A stretch of DNA of 63,987 nucleotides, filler included, from an uncultured bacterium (GCA_965372715.1; 3 parts of 3 records of this genome joined end to end with filler, not necessarily neighbours in it), one strand, 5' to 3'; positions 46,656 through 57,641 are shown, numbered from the whole stretch's first letter. Numbers and translations are program-made. Notes: generated by a model from the sequence alone, not told the origin.

Positions 46656-47588
46656 ATGCAAAACACGCTTGATCGGCCTATGATATCTGACAACGTTGAC
46701 CTTTCAAGTCGCATCGTGGTGCACCACGGTGATTGCATACGATTGCTTAAGAACGTCCCTGATGAGGCCATTCAGCTCGTCGTAACTTCTCCGCCCTATA
46801 ACATTGGCAAGGAGTATGAAAAGAAACTAAGGCTGGAAACGTATCTGGGGCAGCAGGCAGAAGTCATTGAAGAATGTATCCGTGTTCTGTCACCACGAGG
46901 AAGCGTTTGCTGGCAGGTCGGCAACTACGTGGAGAACGGGTCAATCATCCCGCTTGACACTGTTTTGTACCCCATCTTCATAAAGCTCGGGATGAAGATG
47001 CGCAACCGTATAATCTGGCATTTTGAGCACGGGCTTCACTGTAGCAAGCGTTTTTCGGGTCGGTATGAGACCATAATGTGGTTCACAAAATCAGACGAAT
47101 ACACCTTCAATTTGGACCCGGTGCGCGTCCCACAGAAGTATCCGGGCAAGAAACATTTCAAAGGTCCCAATGCCGGCAAGTACTCCTGCAATCCCAGAGG
47201 GAAGAACCCCAGTGACCTATGGGTCATACCGAACGTTAAGAGCAACCATGTGGAAAAGACCGAGCATCCTTGTCAGTTTCCTGTTGAGCTGATTGAACGC
47301 CTCGTTCTGTCCATGACCAATCAGGATGATTGGGTGCTTGATCCTTTTCTGGGGACTGGGACAACGATAATTGCAGCCATCCGGCATGGTCGCAAGGGCG
47401 TAGGAGCTGAGATAGAGTCCAGATATGTGGAGATTGCCAGAGCGAGGATTGAACAGCAAATCGCTGGCACCTTGCGGACACGACCAATGAACAGGCCGGT
47501 CTACGATCCCAAGCAAGCGGGAAATCGTCAATCCATCCCGCCGTGGCCCTCCGAGCAGGATGTGAGTCAGGCGTCCCTGTTCAAGTGA
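46656..47588 (+). CDS. Site-specific DNA methyltransferase, beta class (probably N4-cytosine)
   Basis: VTSPPY, HPCQFP, VLDPFLGTGTT; adjacent to a BstYI-like REase. Confidence 0.92.
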   Translation: MQNTLDRPMISDNVDLSSRIVVHHGDCIRLLKNVPDEAIQLVVTSPPYNIGKEYEKKLRLETYLGQQAEVIEECIRVLSPRGSVCWQVGNYVENGSIIPLDTVLYPIFIKLGMKMRNRIIWHFEHGLHCSKRFSGRYETIMWFTKSDEYTFNLDPVRVPQKYPGKKHFKGPNAGKYSCNPRGKNPSDLWVIPNVKSNHVEKTEHPCQFPVELIERLVLSMTNQDDWVLDPFLGTGTTIIAAIRHGRKGVGAEIESRYVEIARARIEQQIAGTLRTRPMNRPVYDPKQAGNRQSIPPWPSEQDVSQASLFK

Positions 47589-47613
47589 AGTCAATAAACA
47601 AGCTCGCAATCTG

Positions 47614-48225
47614 ATGAACATCTCTGAAGTGTACTCACACCTAAACGGTCTTGAATACCTACTTGTTCATAAGCCAAAGCTATGGGAAGAGATCAAGACC
47701 GTCATTAGAAGTGTTGACGCTGAGAAGTGCAGGACGAAGGTGTCGAAGGAACGGCGGTTAAAGGGGAAGCTTCTATATAGCCCTGTTGATATGAATGCCA
47801 GCTTCAAGAGGCTTCTTGGGGAGATGGGTTGGCATGAAAGCCGCGTGAGCTATTGGGTGACCAAGACCGAAAGACTTATACGAGCAACCCTCTCCATCCC
47901 TCCGGAAGAACAGAAGAAGCAGATTGAGGCCGCAGGCGAAACACCAATATACAGCTACAACCAGACAGATTTCGTAAAGGACCGCGTCGCCATAGAGGTT
48001 CAGCTCGGCAAATACACCTTCGTTGCATACGATTTATTCGTGAAACACATCGCCTTTTATGTTGGTGACCAGACAGACGTCGGCGTCGAGATTCTTCCAA
48101 CTAAAACTCTGCAGAGCCAAATGAGTTCTGGTGTGGGGTATTATGAGGCCGAGCTCTACAACGTCGTCCGCCAAGGTCGGGGAGTGCCGGCAGTCCCGCT
48201 GGTCCTCGTCGGGATAGGGCCTTAG
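47614..48225 (+). CDS. BglII/BstYI family type II restriction endonuclease
   Basis: 203 aa; YSHLNGLEY, YNQTDFVKDRVAIEVQ-GKY, RQGRGVPAVPLVL closely match R.BstYI as I recall it. RGATCY specificity is inferred. Confidence 0.9.
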   Translation: MNISEVYSHLNGLEYLLVHKPKLWEEIKTVIRSVDAEKCRTKVSKERRLKGKLLYSPVDMNASFKRLLGEMGWHESRVSYWVTKTERLIRATLSIPPEEQKKQIEAAGETPIYSYNQTDFVKDRVAIEVQLGKYTFVAYDLFVKHIAFYVGDQTDVGVEILPTKTLQSQMSSGVGYYEAELYNVVRQGRGVPAVPLVLVGIGP

Positions 48226-48264
48226 CGCCAGTCAAGATTGACGGCGTTCATATTCTTGCGGGAC

Positions 48265-48606
48265 ATGTGCGTGGCACCACGAAAAGAGGACGTTCTAGAA
48301 TTCATAAAGAGCTGCTTTCGGCAACGCAAGATCGTCTGGACATACCATGTGAACATGCGATTAGGACAGCGTCGGATCACGCGGGAACAGATCGTTGCCT
48401 CGATAGAAACGTTGCAGATCATTGAGGCGTATCAGGAAGACAGGTACCTGCCATGTTATTTGCTTTTTGCCGAACACGAGAATAGGGCTATGCACATCGT
48501 CGTGGCTGTGGACGAGCCCGGCGACAACGTTCGCGTTGTTGCCGCTTATGAGCCGGACCCACGTCAGTGGGACGCCTCTTTCAAGATTAGGAGGAAATCA
48601 CGGTGA
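48265..48606 (+). CDS. DUF4258 family protein (putative toxin)
   Basis: WTYHVNMRL..R, IIEAY..DRYLPCYL, HIVVA, VVAAYEPD; GTGA overlap with the next gene; start uncertain. Confidence 0.8.
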   Translation: MCVAPRKEDVLEFIKSCFRQRKIVWTYHVNMRLGQRRITREQIVASIETLQIIEAYQEDRYLPCYLLFAEHENRAMHIVVAVDEPGDNVRVVAAYEPDPRQWDASFKIRRKSR

Positions 48607-48824
48607 GATGTGCCGTTTGTGGCTCCGATATGATTAGCACGAAGACCGACCTTCCTTTCAAAGTGGGGCCATCGTCAATTGTCATCATCAAGGAACTGCC
48701 GGTTCAATCGTGCACAACATGCCGGGAGTTTGGCCTCGAAGACCCCGTCATGGAGAAGGTTGACGAGATCCTTGCTTCCGTTGATGAGTCGCATGAGCTT
48801 GAGGTCATCCACTTCGCGGCGTGA
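48603..48824 (+). CDS. YgiT-type zinc finger protein (MqsA-like antitoxin)
   Basis: MRCAVCG...KELPVQSCTTCRE. Confidence 0.82.
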   Translation: MRCAVCGSDMISTKTDLPFKVGPSSIVIIKELPVQSCTTCREFGLEDPVMEKVDEILASVDESHELEVIHFAA

Positions 48825-48960
48825 TGGCCGACCGGTTGCATTCACTAGCGGAAGAACCCAGGGGTGCCCAGCCTCTGGGTCCGAGGCGAGCTCCCTATGG
48901 GTGCGAGCCGTCCAGTTTCATCGGAGGGTAGAAGAAGCTATGGGAGCCGAGGCACTCGGC

Positions 48961-50391
48961 CTAGTGGTGGTGGGTCTCCATGATGGGGAGCTTCTGAAGG
49001 ACAAATTTGGCCTTCGTGAGCGCCTCGCCAGGTGACCTCATGAGCTCCGCCAGCCACTTGGCGACGTTGCGAGGCGAGGTGAGCTTTCTTCTGGACCTGT
49101 AGGCCTCTAGCTTGCGCTTGTATTCGTTGATCTGGTCGATCGTGAGGTGCTGGAGGCGCATGTTGACGTTGCCGACCTCGCGGTTGAGGGCTGTGTCGAA
49201 CTCCTCATACGATATCTCGTTCTTGAGAAGGTCGTTCTCGACGGCCCAGTCGTATATATCCTTGCCGGGCATTGCGGTGCAATAATAGACGGTTAAGTCG
49301 TCGGGCTTTATTCTTCTAATAAGCTGGTATGTCATCTCTAGGTCCGCCAGGGTCTCCATCGGCGCGCCGAGCATTATGTTGGAGGTAGGCTCGATGCCGA
49401 CCCTGTGGCACCATGAAAAGGCCTGCTCAACTGACTCGATATGAACGTCCTTCCGGTAGAAACGGAGTATCTTCGGCGAGCCGCTCTCCACCCCGAAACT
49501 AATGCACTCGCATCCCGCGTCTCTTATCAACTTCAGCATCTCCAACGTCACGGCATCGGCTCTGGTATTGCAGTGCCAGCGGAACTTGATTCCCCTTTCC
49601 TTTAGCAGGTCATGGAACTCGGTTACCCACTCGATGCCAGGCTCGGTAAACGTGTCATCTTTGAAATAGACTCGGCGTTTCTTGCCTGTCACCTCAAGAA
49701 CGTATTCTAGCTCGTCAACGACGTGCTTGGGACCTCTGGAACGCGCAGTGCCAAACAACAGATTCAAGGAGGGCGCACAATAGATGCAGTTTGCGTTGCA
49801 GCCACGCGTTGCTAACATGCCGACCTCGAAGCACCAGCCATCGGCGCCATTTATGTATCTGTCGTATTCCACAACAGTTCTGTCGGGAAACGGGAGCGTA
49901 TCAAGGTTCTGGATGAACGGCATGCGCTCGTTCACGATCATCTTGCCGTTTTCCTTATAGGCAAGGCCCTTTGTGTTCTTGCGCTCCTGTTCGTCGGCTG
50001 CCTCCAAGAAAGCCATAAGGGACAGTTCTGCCTCGCCCTGAAAAGCGTATTGGAATCCGTATTCGAGAACCTCGTGCGGCCAGAAGGTCGGGTGAGGACC
50101 GCCGGCAATGAAAGTCGCGCCGGGATTAACCTTAGTAACATGGTCCATGACTATCTTGGCTTTGCCAAACAAAGGCGAGGAGACCGTCATGCCCACCAGG
50201 TCGGATTCCGAAACGTCCTTGTCGAGGCACGACAGGTCATGCCGGAACGTGAGGTCGTGGAACCTGACGTCGTAGTTCTTTTGCTTGAGCAAGGCAACCA
50301 ACGTCAGTATGCCCAGCGGTTCGCCCAAACCGTTGGCCTCATACCACTTGTAGCGGGGATAAATGAGCGTTATTGTCCGAAAATCACCCAT
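48961..50391 (-). CDS. B12-binding domain radical SAM protein
   Basis: PLGILTL, AGGPHPT, GEAE, TRGCNANCIYC, FKDDTF, GVESGS. Confidence 0.9.
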   Translation of the reverse strand: MGDFRTITLIYPRYKWYEANGLGEPLGILTLVALLKQKNYDVRFHDLTFRHDLSCLDKDVSESDLVGMTVSSPLFGKAKIVMDHVTKVNPGATFIAGGPHPTFWPHEVLEYGFQYAFQGEAELSLMAFLEAADEQERKNTKGLAYKENGKMIVNERMPFIQNLDTLPFPDRTVVEYDRYINGADGWCFEVGMLATRGCNANCIYCAPSLNLLFGTARSRGPKHVVDELEYVLEVTGKKRRVYFKDDTFTEPGIEWVTEFHDLLKERGIKFRWHCNTRADAVTLEMLKLIRDAGCECISFGVESGSPKILRFYRKDVHIESVEQAFSWCHRVGIEPTSNIMLGAPMETLADLEMTYQLIRRIKPDDLTVYYCTAMPGKDIYDWAVENDLLKNEISYEEFDTALNREVGNVNMRLQHLTIDQINEYKRKLEAYRSRRKLTSPRNVAKWLAELMRSPGEALTKAKFVLQKLPIMETHHH

Positions 50392-50452
50392 CGCCTCACA
50401 CAAATCCTATCAGACACACTGAGCAAGATTACACATGAGCGCCGGTCGTGGC

Positions 50453-52918
50453 TCAGTTCTTCACGACTGAGTCGGCGCCGGCCCCATCCGGGTCCGGGGA
50501 GCCCTGCGCGACCTCGCGCAGATCACCATACTCGATCAGCTGGTCAAAGTCCGGTTGCTGCCGCGGCAGAATCGCTATCTTCAGGACTTCATCCATCGTC
50601 CGTACGGGAATGAACTCTATCACGTCTTTTATAGCATCAGGAAGCTCGGAGAGGTCCTTTTCGTTCTCAGCCGGGATTATGACTTTCTTGACCAAGGCAC
50701 TGTGTGCCGCGATCGCCTTTTCCTTAAGCCCGCCAATAGGCAGCACGTTGCCGCGCAGCGTAATCTCGCCCGTCATTGCCACATCGCATCGAACCGGCCT
50801 GCCGGAGAATGCGGACGCGAGGGCGGTTGCGAGCGTGATACCAGCAGACGGGCCGTCCTTCGGGATCGCGCCCTCCGGGATGTGAATGTGAACGTCCTTG
50901 GTCTTGAACTCCTCCATTGCAATGCCAAGGCTCTTCGCCCTGGAGTGGATGAAGCTCAGAGCGGCCTTGGCCGATTCCTGCATAATCTCGCCCAGGTGAC
51001 CCGTGAGAATGAGTTTGCCCTTGCCTTCCGTAAGCAGGACCTCCGTGGTGAGTATCTGACCTCCGAACTCGGTCCACGCAAGCCCGACTGCGCTTCCAAC
51101 CTGATGCTCGTGGTCTCGCCTCGTCATCCGATACCTGGGCACACCAAGCAGCTTCTCGACCTCAGAGTCGGTTACAACTATTGGCGGCTGGTCCTCATCC
51201 TTACCATCATCCTCTTTGGCGACCTGCCTAGCCAGCTTGCGGCAAACGCTGCCGATCTCGCGCTCCAGATTACGCACCCCAGCCTCACGGGTGTAATTGC
51301 GGATCATCTTCTTTATGCCGTCCTCAGTGAATTCGATGTTCCTGTCCTCGAGGCCGTTCTGGCTGAGCTGCTTCTTGACGAGGAAGTTCTCAGCTATCTT
51401 CATCTTCTCAAACTCGGTGTAGCCCGGAAGCCTGATTATCTCCATCCTATCCATGAGCGCCGGTGGGATCGTGTGTTGGATGTTCGCAGTCGTTATGAAC
51501 ATGACCTCAGAGAGGTTGAAATCAACGTCGAGGTAGTGATCAGCAAAGGTGTGATTCTGCTCAGGGTCCAACACCTCAAGGAGCGCCGAGGCAGGATCGC
51601 CTCGGAAATCTGAGGTCATCTTATCGACCTCGTCCAGTAAGAACACTGGGTTTTTGGTCCCGGCCCGCCGCATCGCCTGGATTATCCTTCCCGGCAAGGC
51701 GCCTATGTAGGTCCTTCTGTGGCCGCGAATCTCGGCCTCGTCCCGGACCCCGCCGAGCGAGATGCGAACGAACTTGCGGTCGAGTGCCCTGGCGACCGAC
51801 TTGGCGAAGGATGTCTTGCCAACACCAGGCGGCCCCACGAAGCAGAGAACCGGACCTTTTATCTTCTTAACCAACTTGTGAACTGATAAGTATTCAACCA
51901 CGCGGTCCTTCACGTGCTTCAGGCCCCAGTGATCATCCTCGAGAATCTTCTCCGCCCTCTCAATATCCAAATTGTCCTCAGTGGACTTGCTCCAGGGAAG
52001 AGAGACGAGCCAATCGAGGTAGTTGCGAGAAACTGTCGCCTCAGCCGAGATCGGAGGCATCATCGACATCTTGCGGAGCTCCTGGTCGGCCTTCTTCTTG
52101 ACCTCGTCGGGCATCCCGGCCTTCTCAATCTGCTCCTTCAGCGCCTGGATTTCGTTCTTGCCGCCCTCGTCACGGCCAAGCTCCTTCTGGATAGCCTTCA
52201 TCTTCTCGTGGAGATAGTATTCCTTCTGGGACTGCTCCAGCTGTTTCTTCACGTCCTCCTTTAGCTTGTCATCAAGCTCCAGGGTCTTGGTCTGGGCGTC
52301 CAAAAGGTCAAGCAGCCGCTCAAGCTGCGACCTGATGTTGAGTATCTCCAAGAGCTCTTGCTGCATCTCACTCGGCGTCGAGAGATGCTGAACTATTGCG
52401 CCAAGTAGCTTCTGAGGCGACTCGATGCGGCTCGTCGAACGCGCAACCTCGTTGCCCAGCCTCGGATTGATCTGAACACAATAGGCGAACTTGTCCTTAA
52501 CCTCATCAAGAAGGCGCGCGTAAAAACTATCAGCAAATTCCGCCTCCTCGATCAGCTCAACCTCGGCCACAAGATAGGGCTCGCGCTGAACGACTCGCTT
52601 TATGGTAACCCTTCTGAGCCCAACGACGAGGACCTTCATACTCTCATCCGACATCACGATCTTCTGCTTTATCTTGGCCAGCACACCAACCTTGTGAATC
52701 CCCTCAGGCATAGGATCGTTTTCATTCACGTCCTTCTGCATTGCGAACACGAGCATGTCCTCGGTCTCGCTGAGCGACCTGATCGCGCTGACAGACTTGG
52801 CCCGGCCAATGAAGAGCGGGACGAGCACATCCGTGAAAATAACCTTGTCCCTAAGGGCAACTAACGGATAAACGCGATTGTCCTTTGAATTTGACACGGA
52901 CTTGCTACTCAAAAACAT
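50453..52918 (-). CDS. lon: ATP-dependent protease La
   Basis: [42 protein letters not shown]. Confidence 0.97.
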   Translation of the reverse strand: MFLSSKSVSNSKDNRVYPLVALRDKVIFTDVLVPLFIGRAKSVSAIRSLSETEDMLVFAMQKDVNENDPMPEGIHKVGVLAKIKQKIVMSDESMKVLVVGLRRVTIKRVVQREPYLVAEVELIEEAEFADSFYARLLDEVKDKFAYCVQINPRLGNEVARSTSRIESPQKLLGAIVQHLSTPSEMQQELLEILNIRSQLERLLDLLDAQTKTLELDDKLKEDVKKQLEQSQKEYYLHEKMKAIQKELGRDEGGKNEIQALKEQIEKAGMPDEVKKKADQELRKMSMMPPISAEATVSRNYLDWLVSLPWSKSTEDNLDIERAEKILEDDHWGLKHVKDRVVEYLSVHKLVKKIKGPVLCFVGPPGVGKTSFAKSVARALDRKFVRISLGGVRDEAEIRGHRRTYIGALPGRIIQAMRRAGTKNPVFLLDEVDKMTSDFRGDPASALLEVLDPEQNHTFADHYLDVDFNLSEVMFITTANIQHTIPPALMDRMEIIRLPGYTEFEKMKIAENFLVKKQLSQNGLEDRNIEFTEDGIKKMIRNYTREAGVRNLEREIGSVCRKLARQVAKEDDGKDEDQPPIVVTDSEVEKLLGVPRYRMTRRDHEHQVGSAVGLAWTEFGGQILTTEVLLTEGKGKLILTGHLGEIMQESAKAALSFIHSRAKSLGIAMEEFKTKDVHIHIPEGAIPKDGPSAGITLATALASAFSGRPVRCDVAMTGEITLRGNVLPIGGLKEKAIAAHSALVKKVIIPAENEKDLSELPDAIKDVIEFIPVRTMDEVLKIAILPRQQPDFDQLIEYGDLREVAQGSPDPDGAGADSVVKN

Positions 52919-52958
52919 ACCATGTATCCCCTACAAGAGTGTCTTAGTCTCCACCACC

Positions 52959-52987
52959 AATATAGTTCAGGACGCCGGCTATGTCAA
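52959..52987 (-). promoter_or_regulatory. Sigma70 promoter of lon
   Basis: Minus strand TTGACA, 17 nt, TATATT, 40 nt upstream of the ATG. Confidence 0.6.
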
Positions 52988-53344
52988 GCGTGACCGCCGC
53001 CTGATAACCCCGTTCCCGGATCCCGCCAAGGCGCCTACATTGCATATGTCGAACGTCCCGCCCGCCTTCAATAGATTCGGCGACAGCCTTCGCAGAAGTC
53101 GCCATCCTCTGTTTGTATAACCGTTGAACGCGAGTGAGAGCTCCCATTAAAAACCAAAGCACCAAGGTCGAGCTCGCCCTTCCTGTTCGTCTTCGACAGA
53201 ATCCCACCCTCGTATCTCTGCTTTCCTGTTCGGCAGCGTCGATCCCGCCGAGGCTCCTGAACTTGCACAGTTGACTCGATGTGCTACGTCGTGCCATCTT
53301 ATGTCGCAGCTGCTCATTTGACATAGAATTCAAGAGGGACGCAA

Positions 53345-53974
53345 TTGGTCGAGGTTGAGCTACTAGCGATTACGCCGGATGCTGAGGGGCTGATTGAACG
53401 GGCGGCGAGGACCTGTCATCAGTCGAGCCTCGGCGTCGATGGCACATCGCGGACTAAATTCATCCAGAAAGTCATAAAGCTCGGGCATTATTCTGTCCTG
53501 GAGCATGTCTCAGCCACATTCCGCATTGCAGGCGGCTCGCGGGCGTTCTCGCATCAGCTGGTGAGGCACAGAATGGCCAGCTACTCCCAGCGGTCGCAGC
53601 GCTACGTCTCCGAGAAGGACTTTGGCTACGTCGTGCCGTCCTCCATTGCGCAGAGGGACGAGGCGCGGCAAGTGTTTGAAACGGCGATTGCGGCAGCCGG
53701 GCAGGCATATCGGCGCTTGATCGAGCTTAAGGTACCGCGTGAGGACGCTCGGTTCGTTCTGCCGAATGCCGCTGAAACGGAGCTCGTTATGACGGCAAAT
53801 ATGCGCGAATATCGGCACATATTCAAGCTTCGCTGCCATCGAACGGCGCAGTGGGAGATCAGGTCAATGGCGATTCAGATGCTCAGGATTCTAAAGGAGA
53901 AGCTGCCGGCGGTATTCGCCGATTTCGAGGTATCTGAGGACGGCAGTTTTGCCCAGCTGCGGAAGATTGTGTAA
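53345..53974 (+). CDS. thyX: FAD-dependent thymidylate synthase
   Basis: GHYSVLEH, RHRMASYSQRSQRY (RHRX7S motif), EDARFVLP, AQWEIR. Confidence 0.96.
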   Translation: MVEVELLAITPDAEGLIERAARTCHQSSLGVDGTSRTKFIQKVIKLGHYSVLEHVSATFRIAGGSRAFSHQLVRHRMASYSQRSQRYVSEKDFGYVVPSSIAQRDEARQVFETAIAAAGQAYRRLIELKVPREDARFVLPNAAETELVMTANMREYRHIFKLRCHRTAQWEIRSMAIQMLRILKEKLPAVFADFEVSEDGSFAQLRKIV

Positions 53975-54012
53975 GGGCGGGGCTTGTCTCCGCCCGTCAT
54001 CGGAATCGGCCT

Positions 54013-54120
54013 GTAGGGGTGCCGCTTGCCGCACCCTTGATATCCGCCTTTGGCGAGACTGCGCCTGCCGGCTGAGCGTTCGGTCACATCAGAGAATGGC
54101 GGGGCAAGCGCCGCCCCCAC
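54013..54120. repeat. About 107-bp REPIN, inverted copy of 38126-38232
   Basis: Reverse complement aligns nearly base for base with 38126-38232. Confidence 0.85.
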
Positions 54121-54136
54121 ACCCTGGCAACGAGCT

Positions 54137-54670
54137 ATGACCCAGCCTCCCGCAGCTGACCCAGTCAAGGAACGACCCAGGCTCTGTGCCGACGTGATGC
54201 TGGGGCGGCTCGCCAAGTGGCTTCGAATACTGGGCTTCGACGTGATTTATTCAAACAGTGCAACCGACGAGGACCTACTCGAGACCTGCGAATCTGACGG
54301 CCGGACACTGTTGACGCGGGACACCGAGCTTGCCAGGCGGGCGGAGAAGGACATCGAGGTTGTATTTGTTGCCGGAGATCACATCAAGGAGCAGTTTGCC
54401 TCAATACGCTACAAGCTGCCGATTACCTTCGAGCCTCCCGCCATCTTCTCGAGGTGCATCGTGTGCAACACGCCGCTTAAGGCTGCAATGAGGGACGAAG
54501 TCGAGGGATTAGTTCCCGCGTTCGTCTTCAACACGAACAAGACGTTCAAGATATGCCCGGGATGCCGGAAGGTCTATTGGAAGGGCAGCCACGTCCAACA
54601 CGCCCTCCGTACGGTGCTGGCCTCCTTCTCCGGCTTCGACAACCGAAACCGAGAGCCTCGGCTCCCGTAG
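54137..54670 (+). CDS. Mut7-C RNase domain protein
   Basis: ADVMLGRLAKWLRILGFD, LLTRD, SRCIVCN, CPGCRKVYWKGSH. Confidence 0.92.
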   Translation: MTQPPAADPVKERPRLCADVMLGRLAKWLRILGFDVIYSNSATDEDLLETCESDGRTLLTRDTELARRAEKDIEVVFVAGDHIKEQFASIRYKLPITFEPPAIFSRCIVCNTPLKAAMRDEVEGLVPAFVFNTNKTFKICPGCRKVYWKGSHVQHALRTVLASFSGFDNRNREPRLP

Positions 54671-54802
54671 CATTGGCTGCCCCAACAGGTCGGCTCGCAC
54701 ATGCCGAGCTCGCCTCCAGGACACGTTGTCTGTGACCTGTGACCTTCAGCTGTCAATCCGGCTCTTTAGCCTGAATAACTCGAGATCGTGACTCCGGTGG
54801 GT

Positions 54803-55178
54803 GTAGGGCAGGCTTTCCAGCCTGGGTCATAAGTCGTTGCGGTTGTGTAGGGGCGTGGTCTCAGACCCGCCCTCTCTAATTGATGGTCGCATAAGATGCC
54901 TCGTATCTGCAGGGATTCATTTAGGCGGGCGGGTCTGAGACACCGCCCCTACAGGCCGATTCCGACAATCGCGTGGCAAATGAAAACCGCCGCGTCGATC
55001 TTGACAATCGGCCGTATTTTCTGTATCATTATTGTTTAAATGGACAACGAAATCCTCGTCAATCGACTTATGACCCAGCCTCTTCCAGCCTGCCAAAGAC
55101 GGGGGCTCGCGCGACAAAGTGTCGCGTGTGAGGAATACGGCAATCGCTATAAAAGGCAGGCTGGAAAGCCCGCCCCAC
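54803..55178. repeat. Nested REP pairs
   Basis: Outer arms GTAGGGCAGGCTTTCCAGCCTG / CAGGCTGGAAAGCCCGCCCCAC enclose an inner pair at 54847-54952 (GTAGGGGCGTGGTCTCAGACCCGCCC / GGGCGGGTCTGAGACACCGCCCCTAC). Confidence 0.7.
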
Positions 55179-55197
55179 ATCTCATGGCATCCGCAGT

Positions 55198-56439
55198 TTA
55201 TGAATTATCCGGGTCAGGTGCTGACGGCAGCTCGGACTCTGGCCGGTCTGCCAGGAAGCAGAACGGGTCGTCAGCGGAAACGTCGCCATAGGCCGAGAAG
55301 GCTTTCCCACGACAGCCTCCACAGACGCGGTGGAAGTTGCAGCTCGAGCAGTTTGGTGCACGAGGCGAGTTTTTAAGGCGCCGGAGCGCCTCGAATACCT
55401 CGCCCTGTTCCCACAGCTTCGAGACCCCCTCGTCGGCAACATTACCAGCTGAAACAGGCAGGAAGGGACATGGCAGCGCCTCGCCATCCGCCCTGACGTA
55501 AAAAAGGCCGCTTCCCGCGACGCAGCCGTGGAAGAAGATCGGGCCAAGTGACCGAACGGCCAGCGAAGAAAGCCAATCCCTCCTGCCGAGCATCGCCCAA
55601 TAAGTAGGGGCGCAGATAGGTTCAATAATCACCGTTGCGGCCCTTTGGAGCTCCGCAATCCGGCGGAGGCTGGTTTCATATTGCTCGGGTGAGAGAAGAA
55701 TCTGCTCGTTTCTCTCCCCCCTCCCACACGGCGCACAGAAATAGACCAGCACCACCTCTGCACCCAGATGCTCCGATAATCGGATTATCTTGGGCAACCA
55801 TTCGTAATTCTGCTGCATCAAAGCGATATTGATCTGAAGCGGAAGCCCGGCCCGACGCGCGACGATGCAGCCCTCGATCGCACGTCTGAATGCACCGTCT
55901 TCGCCGCGAATCTCATCGTGAACAGCAGGACAGTGGCCGTCCAATCCCACGGCCACGCCGCAAAGGCCAGCGCGCCTCAACCGCTTGGCCAGCACGGCAT
56001 CGAGAAGCGTGCCATTGGTTGCTATGACTGGCCAAAGCCCCAGCCAGCTGGCGTAATCGCAGAGCTCGACAATGTCCTCCCGAAGAAGGGGCTCACCACC
56101 AGAGAAAACCACCATCTTGAACTCGGGTTGAGCCGCAATCTCCCGCAACAACAGCCTCATCTCTTCCAACGAGAGCTCGCCCTCCGCGTTATTATCGGAA
56201 TCGGCGTGGCAGTGAATGCACTGGAGATTGCAGCGCTGCGTCATTTCGATGACGGGGTGCGTCGGAAATCCAATACAGCCCATCCCCTCCGAACCGGCGA
56301 CGAGCGGCAGAAGGTCCGTGGCTGACAGGAGCCAACGAGGCATATAGCGCCATCGGGTCAGCAAGCCATAGAGTATGACAGCCCCGGCCTGCCTGAAAAG
56401 CTGCGAGGGCGAGAATAGCCGCTTTCTTCTTGGATGCAT
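55198..56439 (-). CDS. Radical SAM/SPASM protein (NirJ/Ahb-like)
   Basis: CNLQCIHC, FSGGEPLLR, TNGTL; SPASM CVAG...PC...CSSCNFHRVCGGCR...DPFC. Confidence 0.88.
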   Translation of the reverse strand: MHPRRKRLFSPSQLFRQAGAVILYGLLTRWRYMPRWLLSATDLLPLVAGSEGMGCIGFPTHPVIEMTQRCNLQCIHCHADSDNNAEGELSLEEMRLLLREIAAQPEFKMVVFSGGEPLLREDIVELCDYASWLGLWPVIATNGTLLDAVLAKRLRRAGLCGVAVGLDGHCPAVHDEIRGEDGAFRRAIEGCIVARRAGLPLQINIALMQQNYEWLPKIIRLSEHLGAEVVLVYFCAPCGRGERNEQILLSPEQYETSLRRIAELQRAATVIIEPICAPTYWAMLGRRDWLSSLAVRSLGPIFFHGCVAGSGLFYVRADGEALPCPFLPVSAGNVADEGVSKLWEQGEVFEALRRLKNSPRAPNCSSCNFHRVCGGCRGKAFSAYGDVSADDPFCFLADRPESELPSAPDPDNS

Positions 56440-56749
56440 TGCGATTGTCGGCGCGCTTTGATTATGAGAACGCCAGAATAATACAGCATCGTGCGTCGGA
56501 ATTGACAAGCCTAGACACTGCCGACGTAAGCCCGCTCTATCGCCGGGCCTCGTCAAGTCGATACACTTGGCTGGCTGTCACTAGCCCCCAATTTGGATCG
56601 CCATTGCCCCTGGGTCGCTTCCGTCTTGGATATTCGGAAGTCACAGAGGTTCAGCGTTCGCCGCGCCCTTGTCCTCGTCCGCCCAACTTATTGACCCGCT
56701 TTGAGGGTCCGGACCGTTCGGAGCTTGTGATGTCAGTGCTCGCGCTGTG

Positions 56750-57583
56750 TCATTCTGGAGCAATCTTCTCGACGTGAGTCGGATACGCCCTGCCATCCGC
56801 CTCACCACTCCCGCGCTCCCACCGGTTCCTATGCTCCATCACAACGTGCAGGTCTGCGCCACCAGGTTGTACATCCACAGTCATTGTGAACCACCACAGA
56901 TGGTTCAAGATCAGCTCATACCAAGGTCCGATCATTGACAACTCTATGGACTGCCGCCAATCAGGACCCATTATCCAGTGTCCACTTATAGACGGCTCTC
57001 TATGCATCGTATAATGCCCTGAATAGAGGACATCGACATGAATAAACACACCCATACGCGCCTCAACTAACGCCCAGACGCCCTCAATCTCGTCATACTC
57101 GAACCTGACATAGGTGTTAGGGCCATGCCAGATGAGCGGAGATGGGAGAATGTCAAAGGCCTCAAAGACCGGCCCACCGATGATGTTCAAGGTCCCTCGC
57201 TCGGTCATCGCGATGCCGATGTGATGTCTGCCGAACGGCTCGCGCAGTGCGAATCTCTCTGCGGGGAAATCACCAATATGATAGTGCTCAACAGTAGCCC
57301 CGCTCGGAACGAAAACGTTCCCCATGAACTGCGTGGGCCATGGTTGAGTCCTGCTGCATCCCGGATAAAAGAAACCGAAGTCTCCGTGGTCATCGAAAGT
57401 GAATAGGTACACATCCGCCGAGACGGCCGGCCCCTCCCAACTCAGCGAGACCCAAACGTCCAGCCATTCGCTCATGACGACCGAGTCGGTCGAGAGAACC
57501 AGCTCCATGTGGTTCGTGGCGCCTGCTGTCCCGGCTAGCCCAAACAAGAGCGCCGCCAGGAAACGAGGAAACCAGATCTTCAT
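56750..57583 (-). CDS. Secreted hypothetical protein with Ig-like N-terminal domain
   Basis: Signal peptide ending AGA; GAGG RBS; N-domain resembles the C-terminal domains of other secreted proteins here. Confidence 0.7.
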   Translation of the reverse strand: MKIWFPRFLAALLFGLAGTAGATNHMELVLSTDSVVMSEWLDVWVSLSWEGPAVSADVYLFTFDDHGDFGFFYPGCSRTQPWPTQFMGNVFVPSGATVEHYHIGDFPAERFALREPFGRHHIGIAMTERGTLNIIGGPVFEAFDILPSPLIWHGPNTYVRFEYDEIEGVWALVEARMGVFIHVDVLYSGHYTMHREPSISGHWIMGPDWRQSIELSMIGPWYELILNHLWWFTMTVDVQPGGADLHVVMEHRNRWERGSGEADGRAYPTHVEKIAPE

Positions 57584-57641
57584 GACGCATCCTCACAAGA
57601 TTAGCATTTTGTCAAGATTAGCATTTTGTGCGGCCCACTGT

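Noticed and set aside
52944-53333. 129-aa ORF or structured RNA (6S-like) between lon and thyX
   Set aside because: The ORF has no recognisable motif and overlaps the lon promoter; I could not establish a convincing RNA fold by eye. An Rfam scan would settle it.
55198-56750. RiPP cluster around the SPASM radical SAM
   Set aside because: No credible precursor peptide, RRE/PqqD domain or transporter adjacent.
57599-57629. CIRCE-like TTAGCA
   Set aside because: It is a direct repeat, not the TTAGCACTC-N9-GAGTGCTAA inverted repeat.
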